DNA of 64,000 bases from NCBI GenBank assembly GCA_047150005.1, contig AP038806.1:608001-672000 (forward strand). The letters run 5' to 3'. A program made the translations under genes and the position numbers. Positions 9,922-19,584 of this stretch are shown here, one piece after another (position 1 is the stretch's first letter; the number at the start of each line of letters is the position of its first letter). This stretch comes from Nitrospira sp. (GTDB lineage Bacteria; Nitrospirota; Nitrospiria; Nitrospirales; Nitrospiraceae). The notes under the pieces were generated by a model. It made no database searches, was not told where the DNA came from, and saw only the letters and a program-made list of their open reading frames with translations.

Positions 9922-11190
9922 CTACTTGTTGATCGGAATGTTCTCTGTCCTCGTGACGATCTCGATCGGTTGAAAGACCGGGTCCGAGGGACCCTTGGAA
10001 GACTCGGCTTCGATTCGCTGAAGGAAGGGAGCCGGTCCGGTGATCGGCGCATAACTCAATGTCGTCTCGACGTCGAACGTCCTGGTTTCTTTCGGCGTGG
10101 GGAACGTAAAGGTTTCGACACGTAATTCTTCCGGCTTCAGCACGGTGTCCTCGACGACCTTCACGGCCTCGAAATCAAACTGAGTCTTCTCGCCTTTTGC
10201 ATTCTGATAGACCCGACCGTAGATCCGCTTGTCGGAAAAGACGGTCTTGAGGTTCTTACCCTTGATGGCAAGATCGAGAACCACGCTCGCCCAAGCGGGA
10301 TGAGTCGTCGGAAGGTTGTGGGGCACCAGACTCTGAACCTTTACGGTCACCGTCGTCTTGTCTCCTTCGATCTTCGTTTCCACGTCCAGTTTCGCCGCTT
10401 CCTGCCGAAGCTTCCCGATCCTGCCCGGGAACGTATGGTTCGCCACAGTCCGTTTCTTCTCGCCGTTGGCCGATTCGCCCGTCTGCTCGGGCATATGACA
10501 GGACTGGCATTCTTTCCCGGATTTGACGGCTTTACTCTGATCCCAATTCCCCAGCAGATCGTTCGCTTTTCCGAGGTTGGCGGCGGAGGGAACCGCCTGA
10601 TGGCAGTTCAGGCAAAGGTCCGATTTTCTGAACAGTCCCAGTTCCATCGATTGATGCGCCAGGTTCGGCGCAAAGTCTTTGTACGGACCGTAGAGGGTCT
10701 TACTGCCCGGGGCTTCGTACTTCGGCTCCGGCGGATGCTTGGCACGATCCACCTGTTTGATCAGATGACACTGCGCGCACGCGACGCCGTCCAGTTGCGG
10801 ATCGCCCGATTTGACCTGGTCGATAAAGAGCTGGGTGTGATCCTGAAACTCACGGACGTGGGGGGCGTGGCACCGGAGACAGAGCGCCTTGTCTTTTCCC
10901 TCCGGTGAAGCGAGAAACGCGTCGAGCGTGGCCCGGAAGGCCGGCGAATGGATGGATCGGGAGAGGGGCGACGTCTCCCATTCCTCAAACACGCGTTCGT
11001 GGCAGCGTTTGCACTTGTTGGAATTCGGGAACGCTTTCTCGATCAGAGCTTGAGACTTCGCATCCTGAGCGAGCGTACGGTCCTCCACAATCCCCAACCA
11101 GACAGCGGCCAGCGCGACGAGCAAGACCGTCAGAGTCGCCTTCCTCTTCATTAAGGTGCGCAGTGTCGTATGCATCCGTTGCCCGACCAT
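9922..11190 (-). CDS. Periplasmic pentaheme cytochrome c (c554/c552-4-like)
   Basis: Signal peptide; five CxxCH motifs: CKRCH, CLRCH, CAQCH, CLNCH, CQSCH. Confidence 0.9.
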   Translation of the reverse strand: MVGQRMHTTLRTLMKRKATLTVLLVALAAVWLGIVEDRTLAQDAKSQALIEKAFPNSNKCKRCHERVFEEWETSPLSRSIHSPAFRATLDAFLASPEGKDKALCLRCHAPHVREFQDHTQLFIDQVKSGDPQLDGVACAQCHLIKQVDRAKHPPEPKYEAPGSKTLYGPYKDFAPNLAHQSMELGLFRKSDLCLNCHQAVPSAANLGKANDLLGNWDQSKAVKSGKECQSCHMPEQTGESANGEKKRTVANHTFPGRIGKLRQEAAKLDVETKIEGDKTTVTVKVQSLVPHNLPTTHPAWASVVLDLAIKGKNLKTVFSDKRIYGRVYQNAKGEKTQFDFEAVKVVEDTVLKPEELRVETFTFPTPKETRTFDVETTLSYAPITGPAPFLQRIEAESSKGPSDPVFQPIEIVTRTENIPINK

Positions 11191-11191
11191 C

Positions 11192-12487
11192 TTAGAGATT
11201 CTTGGCCCGATAGGTCAGCATGCGTGGCTGTGTGTATTCATCGAGGATTTTCGTCGCTGCCTCCCGCTCCTTGTCCCCGCCAAGCGTGGCCAGGTATTTA
11301 TCTTTCAGTTCAGGGGTGGGGCTCGGAATCAATCCGTAGGTCAGCACCGCCTCGATCAAGGCCGGGCTTCCGCCCGAGGGCACCGCGAGGGAAAACGGCA
11401 CCTTTCTAGTGTTCCCGCCCTTGATGAAGGGATCGGGGATGGGGCCGCGGAGGATTTTGTCGTAGCTCAATCCGAATTGTTTCGTTTCCGTCGCCAACAT
11501 CGCGCCACGAGCGTCCTTCACGGTGATCTGAAGAAAGAATTGCTTGAGGACCGGATCGCCGTCCGGAAAACTGTGCGGAAGACTTCCCACTTTGACCAAC
11601 ACCGTCCCGTCCACGGTGGCCGAAGACTTGGCGGTTTCGATATCGATCCGCGGCATCCATTCCGCCTGCAGATTGCGGTTCTTCAACAGGATTCCGGGAA
11701 TGACGACGCCGCGGAACCAGTGACGGCCGATCGAACGGGTCATCGCCCCGCGTTTCGACGTGGAACTGCCCGTCGAAGGCTCCATGTGGCAGTCCTGGCA
11801 AATCGTACCTTGAAGGATCTCTCCTGGAAGATTTTTCTGCGTCACGTCCTTGACCTTGTCGAAATGGCACGATGCGCAGAAATTCGCCCCCCGGTAGAGT
11901 TCGGATTGGATCGCCGGATGAACTAAATTCTCCTCGGGGTCCGCATAGGGACCGTACATGGTCTTGCCCGGCTCGATCGCGAACGTCGGAGGTGGCGAGA
12001 GGGTCGTTTGGACGGACTTGATGAGGTGGCAGGATGCGCAACCGATGCCTTCAATCTGCGGTTTGCCGGCCAGGACTTGCGTCACCATTTTTTCCGCATG
12101 CTGAGGAAACACGGTCGTCGACGGCACATGGCACGACAAACAGCGCTTACGCTCTTCGGCTGTCGGATTCGTCTGAATCCACAGCCCCAACACGGTGCGA
12201 AACACAGGCGACTCCAGCGACGTCCCGTGCAGAAGGGCCGCATCCACCCGACCGAAGGTTTTAAGATCCGGCGTCTGCTCCCGCGCGCCCTTCCACTCTT
12301 CGTAGTGGCGGTCATGGCACTGCTTGCAATCCTCCGAGCGGATGAAGATTTTCTCGATCTCGGCAATCCAATCGCCGGAGGCTTGCCCGTCCGCTTTCTG
12401 GGCGATGGCACGATCGTGAAAGAGACCGATCAGGCCGATCGCCAAGAACAAGAATGCCGCGGTGATGATCCGCTGTCTGACTCGCAC
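11192..12487 (-). CDS. Periplasmic pentaheme cytochrome c, paralog of neighbour
   Basis: Signal peptide; CKQCH, CLSCH, CASCH, CASCH, CQDCH with similar spacing; shared YGPY and CHM.P motifs. Confidence 0.9.
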   Translation of the reverse strand: MRVRQRIITAAFLFLAIGLIGLFHDRAIAQKADGQASGDWIAEIEKIFIRSEDCKQCHDRHYEEWKGAREQTPDLKTFGRVDAALLHGTSLESPVFRTVLGLWIQTNPTAEERKRCLSCHVPSTTVFPQHAEKMVTQVLAGKPQIEGIGCASCHLIKSVQTTLSPPPTFAIEPGKTMYGPYADPEENLVHPAIQSELYRGANFCASCHFDKVKDVTQKNLPGEILQGTICQDCHMEPSTGSSTSKRGAMTRSIGRHWFRGVVIPGILLKNRNLQAEWMPRIDIETAKSSATVDGTVLVKVGSLPHSFPDGDPVLKQFFLQITVKDARGAMLATETKQFGLSYDKILRGPIPDPFIKGGNTRKVPFSLAVPSGGSPALIEAVLTYGLIPSPTPELKDKYLATLGGDKEREAATKILDEYTQPRMLTYRAKNL

Positions 12488-12499
12488 GGTCCGACCTTT

Positions 12500-12961
12500 C
12501 TAGTCTCTCTTGCAACCCACGAAGTGGAAGTTCACTCCCCAGCCGACCGGATCCCCGGGATCCGCCGGCTCATACGTCCCCACCGTAAAGTTGCACTCCT
12601 TCATGGCCTTTTTGATCGCTCGGCCGAACTCCAGCATATTCTTGATCTCTGTCTTGTCGATCTCCTTGATGACCGACCGCACCTTGATTCCTGCATAGTC
12701 GGCCCGCGAATTTCCGATGACCTCGAAAACCGCGACGCCCTGGGGCCGCTGTAACTTCAATTCCTTTTGGATCTCTTCGTCGACTTCGCCGACCACGACC
12801 CCGAACTCTTCTCCGAGTTTAGCGGCCTCCTCCTCGGTCATGGGAGTCTGATCGATTGCGTTGACCGGCGTCACGGCCAAACTTCCCATCAACCCTCCCC
12901 ACAACCCGGCACACAGAAAAAAGGCCCTCCAGGGACGAAGGGCCTCTGTACGCGCTTTCAT
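12500..12961 (-). CDS. Exported stand-alone PDZ-domain protein
   Basis: Signal peptide; GVAVFEVIGNSRADYAGIKVRSVIKEID is PDZ-like. Confidence 0.75.
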   Translation of the reverse strand: MKARTEALRPWRAFFLCAGLWGGLMGSLAVTPVNAIDQTPMTEEEAAKLGEEFGVVVGEVDEEIQKELKLQRPQGVAVFEVIGNSRADYAGIKVRSVIKEIDKTEIKNMLEFGRAIKKAMKECNFTVGTYEPADPGDPVGWGVNFHFVGCKRD

Positions 12962-13020
12962 ACGGTTGCAGTCTCTCCCCTCAACAGCCGTTCACGGACG
13001 AATCCGTCCGCTTCGCCCCC

Positions 13021-13851
13021 TCAAAGATTCGCTACAGGATCGATCGACAATTGAAACCAGGGAGCCACGGCCTTCTGACCGTTCCGCTCCTTATTCTCAC
13101 CGTTCCACACCGCAAAGGAGACGGTCTGAACACGTCCGGGAATCAATTTGGCTTCGTTCTCCTGTTCTTCGCCCACCAACGGTCTCCGCATGACGACATG
13201 CCAGACTCCGTCCTTCCAGAGGGCTTTGCCCTGCACGCGGCCCTGCTTTTCCTTGGTGGTCAATGTACTGAACCCCCCTCCGATGAGATCCTCCACCGAG
13301 GACACACGCCGCGGAATGACTTCGAACGTTCTCACGCCCTCACGCTGCTTGTCGGTGCTTCTTGCGGCGCGCCGGTCGATATCACTCTGCCAATCGGCTT
13401 TCCAGTGCCAGATGTTGATGTAGTGATCGAGTTGGCCCATGCAGAAAAAAGCCGGCGCATCCCCCAACGGGAGACCAATCGCCACCCCATCGCGAAACGT
13501 GCCGGGCGTGAGTCGATCGTTCTTGGTGTTGTCCTGCCATTCCAGGAGGAAGGCGAGCTCGGTGCCGTTGTGGATGGCTCGAACCGTCAATGCCCGGGCC
13601 GTCGGTTCCGGCCACACCGGCCGTGTGATGATCTGACCGCTCAATGGCAACGTCATCGGGGAGACTTTTGCCCATGCGGTATCCTCGGGAGTCGACGGGA
13701 GATCTCCCTGCGCATAATGCGCCCGGATCATCATGCCCTCCGAGCTGACCAGGGGAATCCCCAGCCCACCAAGGACGCCCGCAATGACGAGGATGGAAGA
13801 GAATATCGCCAACAGAGAACGAGAAGCCGTCTTCGTCGTCATGCGTCCCAT
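13021..13851 (-). CDS. EB_dh/EbdC-type heme b protein, NXR gamma-subunit candidate
   Basis: N-terminal signal/anchor; LEWQD.T, FRDGVAI, CMGQ (Met ligand), NIWHWKADWQ, FAVWNG...GQKA (Lys ligand); start set at ATG 13851. Confidence 0.8.
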   Translation of the reverse strand: MGRMTTKTASRSLLAIFSSILVIAGVLGGLGIPLVSSEGMMIRAHYAQGDLPSTPEDTAWAKVSPMTLPLSGQIITRPVWPEPTARALTVRAIHNGTELAFLLEWQDNTKNDRLTPGTFRDGVAIGLPLGDAPAFFCMGQLDHYINIWHWKADWQSDIDRRAARSTDKQREGVRTFEVIPRRVSSVEDLIGGGFSTLTTKEKQGRVQGKALWKDGVWHVVMRRPLVGEEQENEAKLIPGRVQTVSFAVWNGENKERNGQKAVAPWFQLSIDPVANL

Positions 13852-13943
13852 GAAAGGCCCTCGGATGACCGACGCAACCGGGCTCGACGATGCCACAATA
13901 CCATACTTTTCCGGCGAGACCAATCCGGATGCGTTCCGTCTGC

Positions 13944-15197
13944 CTAACGAAGCCGCACGCGACGAATCTTGTTTTCTCCGCGCTCACAGATATAGAGATG
14001 CCCGCGCGAATCCAACGCGAGCCCGACGGGAGAATTGACAACTGCGTCCACGCCTAGAAGCCCGTCGCCGTGTTTGAGTCCTCCGGCCGCCTCCTTCGCC
14101 ACGAACCGCGCGGCGCCGCAGCCGCCCATATTCTTGTCTTCATACCCGCTGTCGCCGTTGCCGGCGACGGTGGTAATGATCCCGGTGGCCGCATCTACGC
14201 GGCGGACACGGTGGTTCATGGTGTCGGAGACATACAGATTGTCCTGCTCATCCAACACGACGGCCTCGGGAGCATGCAGCATCGCGCGCACCGCCGGCTT
14301 CTCATCTCCGTCATAGCCATACCGGCAGACGCCGGCCACGGTCGAAATGACGCCCGTCTGCCGATCGATCTTCCGGACACGATTGCTTCCCTTGTCGACG
14401 ATGATCACGTGCCCGTTGCTGTTAACGCTGATGCCGACCACGTCATAGAGACGCGCGTCCAGAGCCGGCCGGCCGTCGTCCAGATACATGGACATATCCA
14501 ATCCGTCGGAACACACGGGCATCAGCCATCCGTGATCGTCGCTGAAATCGATTCCAATCGCGTCTCCGGAGAGCACGACAAGATTCCTGGCGACCAACGG
14601 CTGCTCGCGCGCATCGTCCTCCGTCGTCCAAGTTCCGGCAATCGTGGTCACCATACCTGATGCGGGATCGTACCGGCGGATTCGGTGAGCCTGGGTATCC
14701 GCGATGTACAGGACATCGTCCTTGTCGAACGCGATGGCGGCGGGCCAGGTCAGATTGACGTTCAACGCCGGGCCGTCCCCATTGAAACCATGTTGTCCCG
14801 TTCCAACGACGGTCGAAATGATCCCGGTGTCGCGGGCGATTTTTCTGATGCGATTGCTGCCGGAGTCGCAGAGGTAGAGGTCGTTGCGGGAATCGAAGGC
14901 GACGTCAAGCGGCAAATACAACCCCGCTTCTCCGCAGGGGCCTTCATCGCCGCTGTAACAGGTTTCCCCGATTCCGGCGAAGTTGTGAAGGGTGCCTTCC
15001 TGGAGATCGACGCGCCGAATCCGGTCGGAACCGGATTCAGCGAAATAGAGCCAGCGCTCGTCCCGATCCACGGCGGCGTGATGCGGCAGTGGAATACCGG
15101 CCTTCACGGCGCGCTTTCCGTCTCCGGTGCTGCGAGCCTTCCCGTTACCGGCAAACGTTTCGATATAGCCCAGTGCGAGCTGAACTTCCGTTTCCAT
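13944..15197 (-). CDS. NHL-repeat beta-propeller protein
   Basis: Repeated LY.AD..NHRIRK/R.D...G.I.TVAG.G..G..GD units. Confidence 0.88.
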   Translation of the reverse strand: METEVQLALGYIETFAGNGKARSTGDGKRAVKAGIPLPHHAAVDRDERWLYFAESGSDRIRRVDLQEGTLHNFAGIGETCYSGDEGPCGEAGLYLPLDVAFDSRNDLYLCDSGSNRIRKIARDTGIISTVVGTGQHGFNGDGPALNVNLTWPAAIAFDKDDVLYIADTQAHRIRRYDPASGMVTTIAGTWTTEDDAREQPLVARNLVVLSGDAIGIDFSDDHGWLMPVCSDGLDMSMYLDDGRPALDARLYDVVGISVNSNGHVIIVDKGSNRVRKIDRQTGVISTVAGVCRYGYDGDEKPAVRAMLHAPEAVVLDEQDNLYVSDTMNHRVRRVDAATGIITTVAGNGDSGYEDKNMGGCGAARFVAKEAAGGLKHGDGLLGVDAVVNSPVGLALDSRGHLYICERGENKIRRVRLR

Positions 15198-15220
15198 CTT
15201 CAGCGCAGCGCCCCTCTGTC

Positions 15221-15484
15221 CTACGCGTGGGAAACCGGCTGCGGAGCCGGTTGATCCGCCACGGGCGCCTGCGCAGGCGGAATGGCTTGCTGGGGAGTCG
15301 CGGTCTGCTGCTGAGCCGCCTGAGCCTCTGCCTCAATCGCCTCCGCCTCGTGGACGGACTTCTTGAACCCCTTGATGGCCTTCCCAATCCCTTCTCCCAA
15401 CTGCGGGAGTTTTCCGGCACCGAAGATGATCAATACGATGAAGAGGATGAGAATCAACTCCGTGAAACCAAGACTCCCAAACAT
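15221..15484 (-). CDS. tatA: Twin-arginine translocase subunit TatA
   Basis: [45 protein letters not shown]. Confidence 0.95.
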   Translation of the reverse strand: MFGSLGFTELILILFIVLIIFGAGKLPQLGEGIGKAIKGFKKSVHEAEAIEAEAQAAQQQTATPQQAIPPAQAPVADQPAPQPVSHA

Positions 15485-15508
15485 GGCATGCTCCTTCGTA
15501 TAGGTGTG

Positions 15509-16318
15509 TCAGGACGGGCTGCTTTCCTTGCTTCGCTTTGCAAACCGCTCTTTCAATCGCTGGCGCGCCTGCTCAGCCTGCTCGAACATCTTACACTTAT
15601 CGTACACGCTGATGAGATTATAGTATGCCAGCGGCTCGTCGGCATTCTGCTCGACCGCGTCCTCCATGACCTTGATGGCCAAATCAGATTTCTTGTGATT
15701 CAACGCCAACTCCATCAGTTTGAAACTGGCCTCCAGATGCTTCGGGTCCAGTTCAAGCGTGCGCAGATAACACTGAATGGCCATATCAATCGTATTGTAG
15801 TCCGATACCTGGGGGTTATCGAGCTCGACATAGACTCCTGCTAGATTGTACCAGGCGATGGGATCGTCCGGCGTGATCTCGACGAGGCGTTCGTAGTATC
15901 CCTTGGCTTCCATATATTTCTTCTTGTCCGCGTAGACCCGTCCCAAATTGAAAAGCGCCAGCACATCGTATTGGAACACATCCAGCGCATGCTTGAATTC
16001 GGCCTCCGCCTCGTCGGACATGTTCTTGGTCGCATAGATCGTTCCCAGATTCGAGTAATACATGGCCAGAGAACGATTCATTTCGGCGCGCAGCCCTTCC
16101 GCCATTTCGATGGATTTCTTGACCTCCACGAGCGCATCGTCAAGACGCCCCTTGCTGAAATATAGTTCCCCCAGTCGACAGCGCGCCTGGAAATCGTCAG
16201 GCTCCGCGGCCAGCAGCTTCTCGATTTCGGCGATTTCTTCGTCCGGATTCAACGGCTGATCGTTCGGATCCACCGCCACGCGGCTTTGTTCCGCCTGTAC
16301 ACTCGTGTCATCGCTCAT
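15509..16318 (-). CDS. Tetratricopeptide repeat protein
   Basis: Multiple TPR units (YYSNLGTIY, ALFNLGRVY, AWYNLAGVY, AYYNLISVY). Confidence 0.9.
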   Translation of the reverse strand: MSDDTSVQAEQSRVAVDPNDQPLNPDEEIAEIEKLLAAEPDDFQARCRLGELYFSKGRLDDALVEVKKSIEMAEGLRAEMNRSLAMYYSNLGTIYATKNMSDEAEAEFKHALDVFQYDVLALFNLGRVYADKKKYMEAKGYYERLVEITPDDPIAWYNLAGVYVELDNPQVSDYNTIDMAIQCYLRTLELDPKHLEASFKLMELALNHKKSDLAIKVMEDAVEQNADEPLAYYNLISVYDKCKMFEQAEQARQRLKERFAKRSKESSPS

Positions 16319-16348
16319 GTGAAGTTCCCACCCGTCCTTAACAGTCCG

Positions 16349-17470
16349 TTAAATGTGATCCCCTGCCAGTCGATCGGAACTTCCCAGCATGGGCGCTCCG
16401 ACCTGAGAGGGGGCTTCTACTGTTTCCCGTCGATATCGATCCATCGTCAACAACATGACGCCCAGCACGACCATCAACGTCAGATTCGAATAGAGCAAGG
16501 CATACCCCGCGATAAACATCAAACCTAAGCCATAGCCGGCAAGCCTTCCCATGGTCAACAGCCGGATCACAGTATAAGACCAGCAGAGAAGCCCGGCCAT
16601 GTACAGCGCAAAGGGCAGATAAAAGGTGTACCCCATTCCGAACTGGAAAATCCACCCGATGCCGTCGGCACCTTTTCGGATGTTGCTCGCCATGACGGGA
16701 TCGTATCGGCTGAGAAGATAATCCAAGAAGAGCATGACCGTGAAGATGCTTCCGGCTATCCCCCAGAACCAGAAGGCTCGACGACGTTGATGCTGGTTGC
16801 GGGAGCGGAAAGACAGCCCACGGCCGTAGGCTCCATACACCAGGATGCTGGCCAAGACCATCAAAGCTTCCCCGGCCCGGTGAAATTCGTAGACGAAGGG
16901 GGGAGCAGCCACGGTACCGAGAAAACTGAAGAACGTGGAAACCATTTGATAATAGAGCCAGCCGGAGATTCCCAACAGGTACACGATCCCCAAAGCCCGG
17001 TTAGACCAGTCATGATGGGTCAGCAAATACTCGGTCATCAACAACGCGATCGCCGTCAACGCAATCAGGTTGTAAATGGCCGACCCGATCATCGTCGGGG
17101 GAACAAACAAGAATCCCACGGTCAACAGCAGCAGCAACGCCACGCAGGGTACCGTCGCTTTGTTCAAACCGTTCCAGCCCCGACTGGCAAGCCGATTCAT
17201 CAGTCCGAGGATGAGCCCCAAGAACAAGAGAATGGCCACGGCATTCAGAAGCCACTGCCCGATCTCCGTCAGCGCCGTAAAGGTGGGAATGATCCATTGA
17301 TGATCGGCCGCCAGCTTGCTGAGGTGCATGCCCAGACGGGACACCAGCCGATAGAGAATCAGCTCCAGGAAGGACACCAAGAGCACGAGCTTGATTGTGT
17401 ATTGAAAGAGGAGCGGCTGATCGCTCAGCTTCCCGGTCACGCGCTCTATGGTTCTCGTCGAAACCGTCAT
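16349..17470 (-). CDS. Polytopic membrane protein of unknown function
   Basis: About ten hydrophobic segments; operon context. Confidence 0.8.
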   Translation of the reverse strand: MTVSTRTIERVTGKLSDQPLLFQYTIKLVLLVSFLELILYRLVSRLGMHLSKLAADHQWIIPTFTALTEIGQWLLNAVAILLFLGLILGLMNRLASRGWNGLNKATVPCVALLLLLTVGFLFVPPTMIGSAIYNLIALTAIALLMTEYLLTHHDWSNRALGIVYLLGISGWLYYQMVSTFFSFLGTVAAPPFVYEFHRAGEALMVLASILVYGAYGRGLSFRSRNQHQRRRAFWFWGIAGSIFTVMLFLDYLLSRYDPVMASNIRKGADGIGWIFQFGMGYTFYLPFALYMAGLLCWSYTVIRLLTMGRLAGYGLGLMFIAGYALLYSNLTLMVVLGVMLLTMDRYRRETVEAPSQVGAPMLGSSDRLAGDHI

Positions 17471-17538
17471 GACCGCACTCCGCGTCCAACGTGAAAATTA
17501 TACCGATCCGGGAAAAACCCGGTCAACGACGCCCGTCG

Positions 17539-19317
17539 CTACGAACGCGCGACCGCCGCCCGCTCTGTTTCCGATTTGGCCCGCGCGATATACAGGAGAC
17601 CATCCGCCATCGAGTAGTTGAACGGCAACTCGCATACGACTTCACTGACTTTTTCGTACACGTGCTGATAGAGTCGCTCCGCTTGGTCCGGGGTCATGCC
17701 TTCCTGTACCTCGTAGAAGAATCCCAGACTCAGGTCTTCCGCGGACGGCCGCATGATCCGTCGAATGCCGTATCCGCCGGGATCGCTCATGATGGGAGCT
17801 TCCTTCTCAAGGTCGAAGAGACAAGGTTGGCACGAGAACCCGTAGGAGTCGTGCAACTTCTTGTTGTCGACGATGAAGTTCATCGTCTCCAACGCTTCCT
17901 CCTCCTTCTCGGTCGGGAAGCCCACGATGATATAACAATGAACGGCGATGCCGAGATCCACGCAGTCGTCCGTGATACGCCGGACCCATTCCTGCTGGAT
18001 GCCTTTCTTCATGAAATCCATGATCCGCTGATTGAATGACTCCAATCCGAAGACGATCTTCAGACAGCCGGCATCCCGCATGGACGTCAAGAGCTCACGC
18101 GAGAGATGTTTTTCAAATCTCATTTCACACGTCCACTTGATCTCCAACCGTCGGTCGATCATCTGTTGGCACAGCCGTTTGGTCGGAGATAGGGCGAAGC
18201 ATTCATCGGTAAAAAAGAAGTGCCGGACTCCATAGCGTTGCTTGAGCCACTCCAACTCCTCGATCGTCCTGCCCGGATCCTTTTGGCGGAAGTTCTGGTG
18301 ATCGAGCGTGAGCGCGCAAAAGGCGCAATCTTTGTAGTAGCAGCCCCGTGAAAACTGGACGGGCAACACCGGCTCGGGCGACAGATATCGGCCGAGGGGA
18401 AACCCGTCGTAATTGGGAGCCGGCAGCTGATTGACGTTTTCGGAATAGAACGGCTGATTGACGATGATCCTGTCGTTCTGACGATAGATCAGGTTGGGTA
18501 CCTTGCTGAAATCCTTCTTCCCGGCCATTTGATTGACCAATTCCAGCAGGGCCGTCTCGCCTTCGAAGACGACGATGTCGTCCGCGATCTCGAATAGGCT
18601 CGGACAACGGCGCAGATTGTCGACCAGTCGCGTGAAGATGCTCCCCCCGATGGTGACGTGAATGTCGGGAGCCGCCTCCTTGATCAAGCGGCAGAGCGTC
18701 AACCCGGGAATGATCTGCGACGTAGCGGTGATCGACACACCGATGAGATCCGCATGGTCCCCCACAATCGACGGAATGAAACGTTCCCGGAACAGGGGAA
18801 TATACGGGTTCTGCTGCTCGTCACGGATGACCTTCATCAGGTCCTTTGATGAGTAAATGGAATAGGTGCTGAATTGGTTGTCCACGACGGTGAGTCTGGT
18901 CGGAAAATACAGGGTGGAGAGCACCTCCAGCCACTTGTCGATCAGAAACAGGCTCTCTCGGTACTCCTCCATGTCATAGAAACCTTCGCTGCGCAGGGTC
19001 GCTTTCGCCGGCTCGATACGATCGACGAGGTACGGAAAGCGATCGAGCGATTCCACGACCCTCGCCAGATGTTCCGCGCTGCCGGGCCCCATCTCTCCCT
19101 GGTGCTCCCGCTCAAGCGCGTTTTTCTTATCGATCAGGCCTTGATAGAGTTCCACGCCATAGGCCTGCGTCACGATGTCATCGAGCAGCTCGATCCCGAG
19201 GTCGCGCTGCGAGACATTCGGCACACCGGCTTGGGTCAGAAACCCGGTGAGTGAAGGGAGACTCAAATACGGTTGGGACGGATGCCAGGTCGGAGGGAAA
19301 AGCAAAGAGACTTTCAT
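17539..19317 (-). CDS. B12-binding-domain radical SAM enzyme (class B methyltransferase-like)
   Basis: N-terminal cobalamin-binding fold (IGVSIT, VTIGGS, VFEGE); SRGCYYKDCAFC cluster motif; FGLES; IIVGFPTE. Confidence 0.88.
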   Translation of the reverse strand: MKVSLLFPPTWHPSQPYLSLPSLTGFLTQAGVPNVSQRDLGIELLDDIVTQAYGVELYQGLIDKKNALEREHQGEMGPGSAEHLARVVESLDRFPYLVDRIEPAKATLRSEGFYDMEEYRESLFLIDKWLEVLSTLYFPTRLTVVDNQFSTYSIYSSKDLMKVIRDEQQNPYIPLFRERFIPSIVGDHADLIGVSITATSQIIPGLTLCRLIKEAAPDIHVTIGGSIFTRLVDNLRRCPSLFEIADDIVVFEGETALLELVNQMAGKKDFSKVPNLIYRQNDRIIVNQPFYSENVNQLPAPNYDGFPLGRYLSPEPVLPVQFSRGCYYKDCAFCALTLDHQNFRQKDPGRTIEELEWLKQRYGVRHFFFTDECFALSPTKRLCQQMIDRRLEIKWTCEMRFEKHLSRELLTSMRDAGCLKIVFGLESFNQRIMDFMKKGIQQEWVRRITDDCVDLGIAVHCYIIVGFPTEKEEEALETMNFIVDNKKLHDSYGFSCQPCLFDLEKEAPIMSDPGGYGIRRIMRPSAEDLSLGFFYEVQEGMTPDQAERLYQHVYEKVSEVVCELPFNYSMADGLLYIARAKSETERAAVARS

Positions 19318-19473
19318 TGGAAATCTCTACCCGACATATTTGAAAAATAAGACGAATTTAGATTGAAATGATCGTATTTTATACACTCCACCGCCCCCGA
19401 AAAGCAACCCTGGTCATGTCGAAATTCCCGGGTCCGAACCATGTGGGGTCCGGTTCTGGGACCGATCTCGGGA

Positions 19474-19529
19474 AAAGAAAGGCCCCGATTCGGGTCACCG
19501 TGGTGATCCCCGAACCGGGGCCTTTCTTT
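19474..19529 (-). terminator. Long hairpin, probably bidirectional intrinsic terminator after the nxrC-like gene
   Basis: AAAGAAAGGCCCC...GGGGCCTTTCTTT inverted repeat with T tracts on both strands. Confidence 0.8.
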
Positions 19530-19584
19530 GCTCTCACCGCACGATCAGCCAAACGGCCGAATGCAGTTTCCTTTTAGCGACAAC

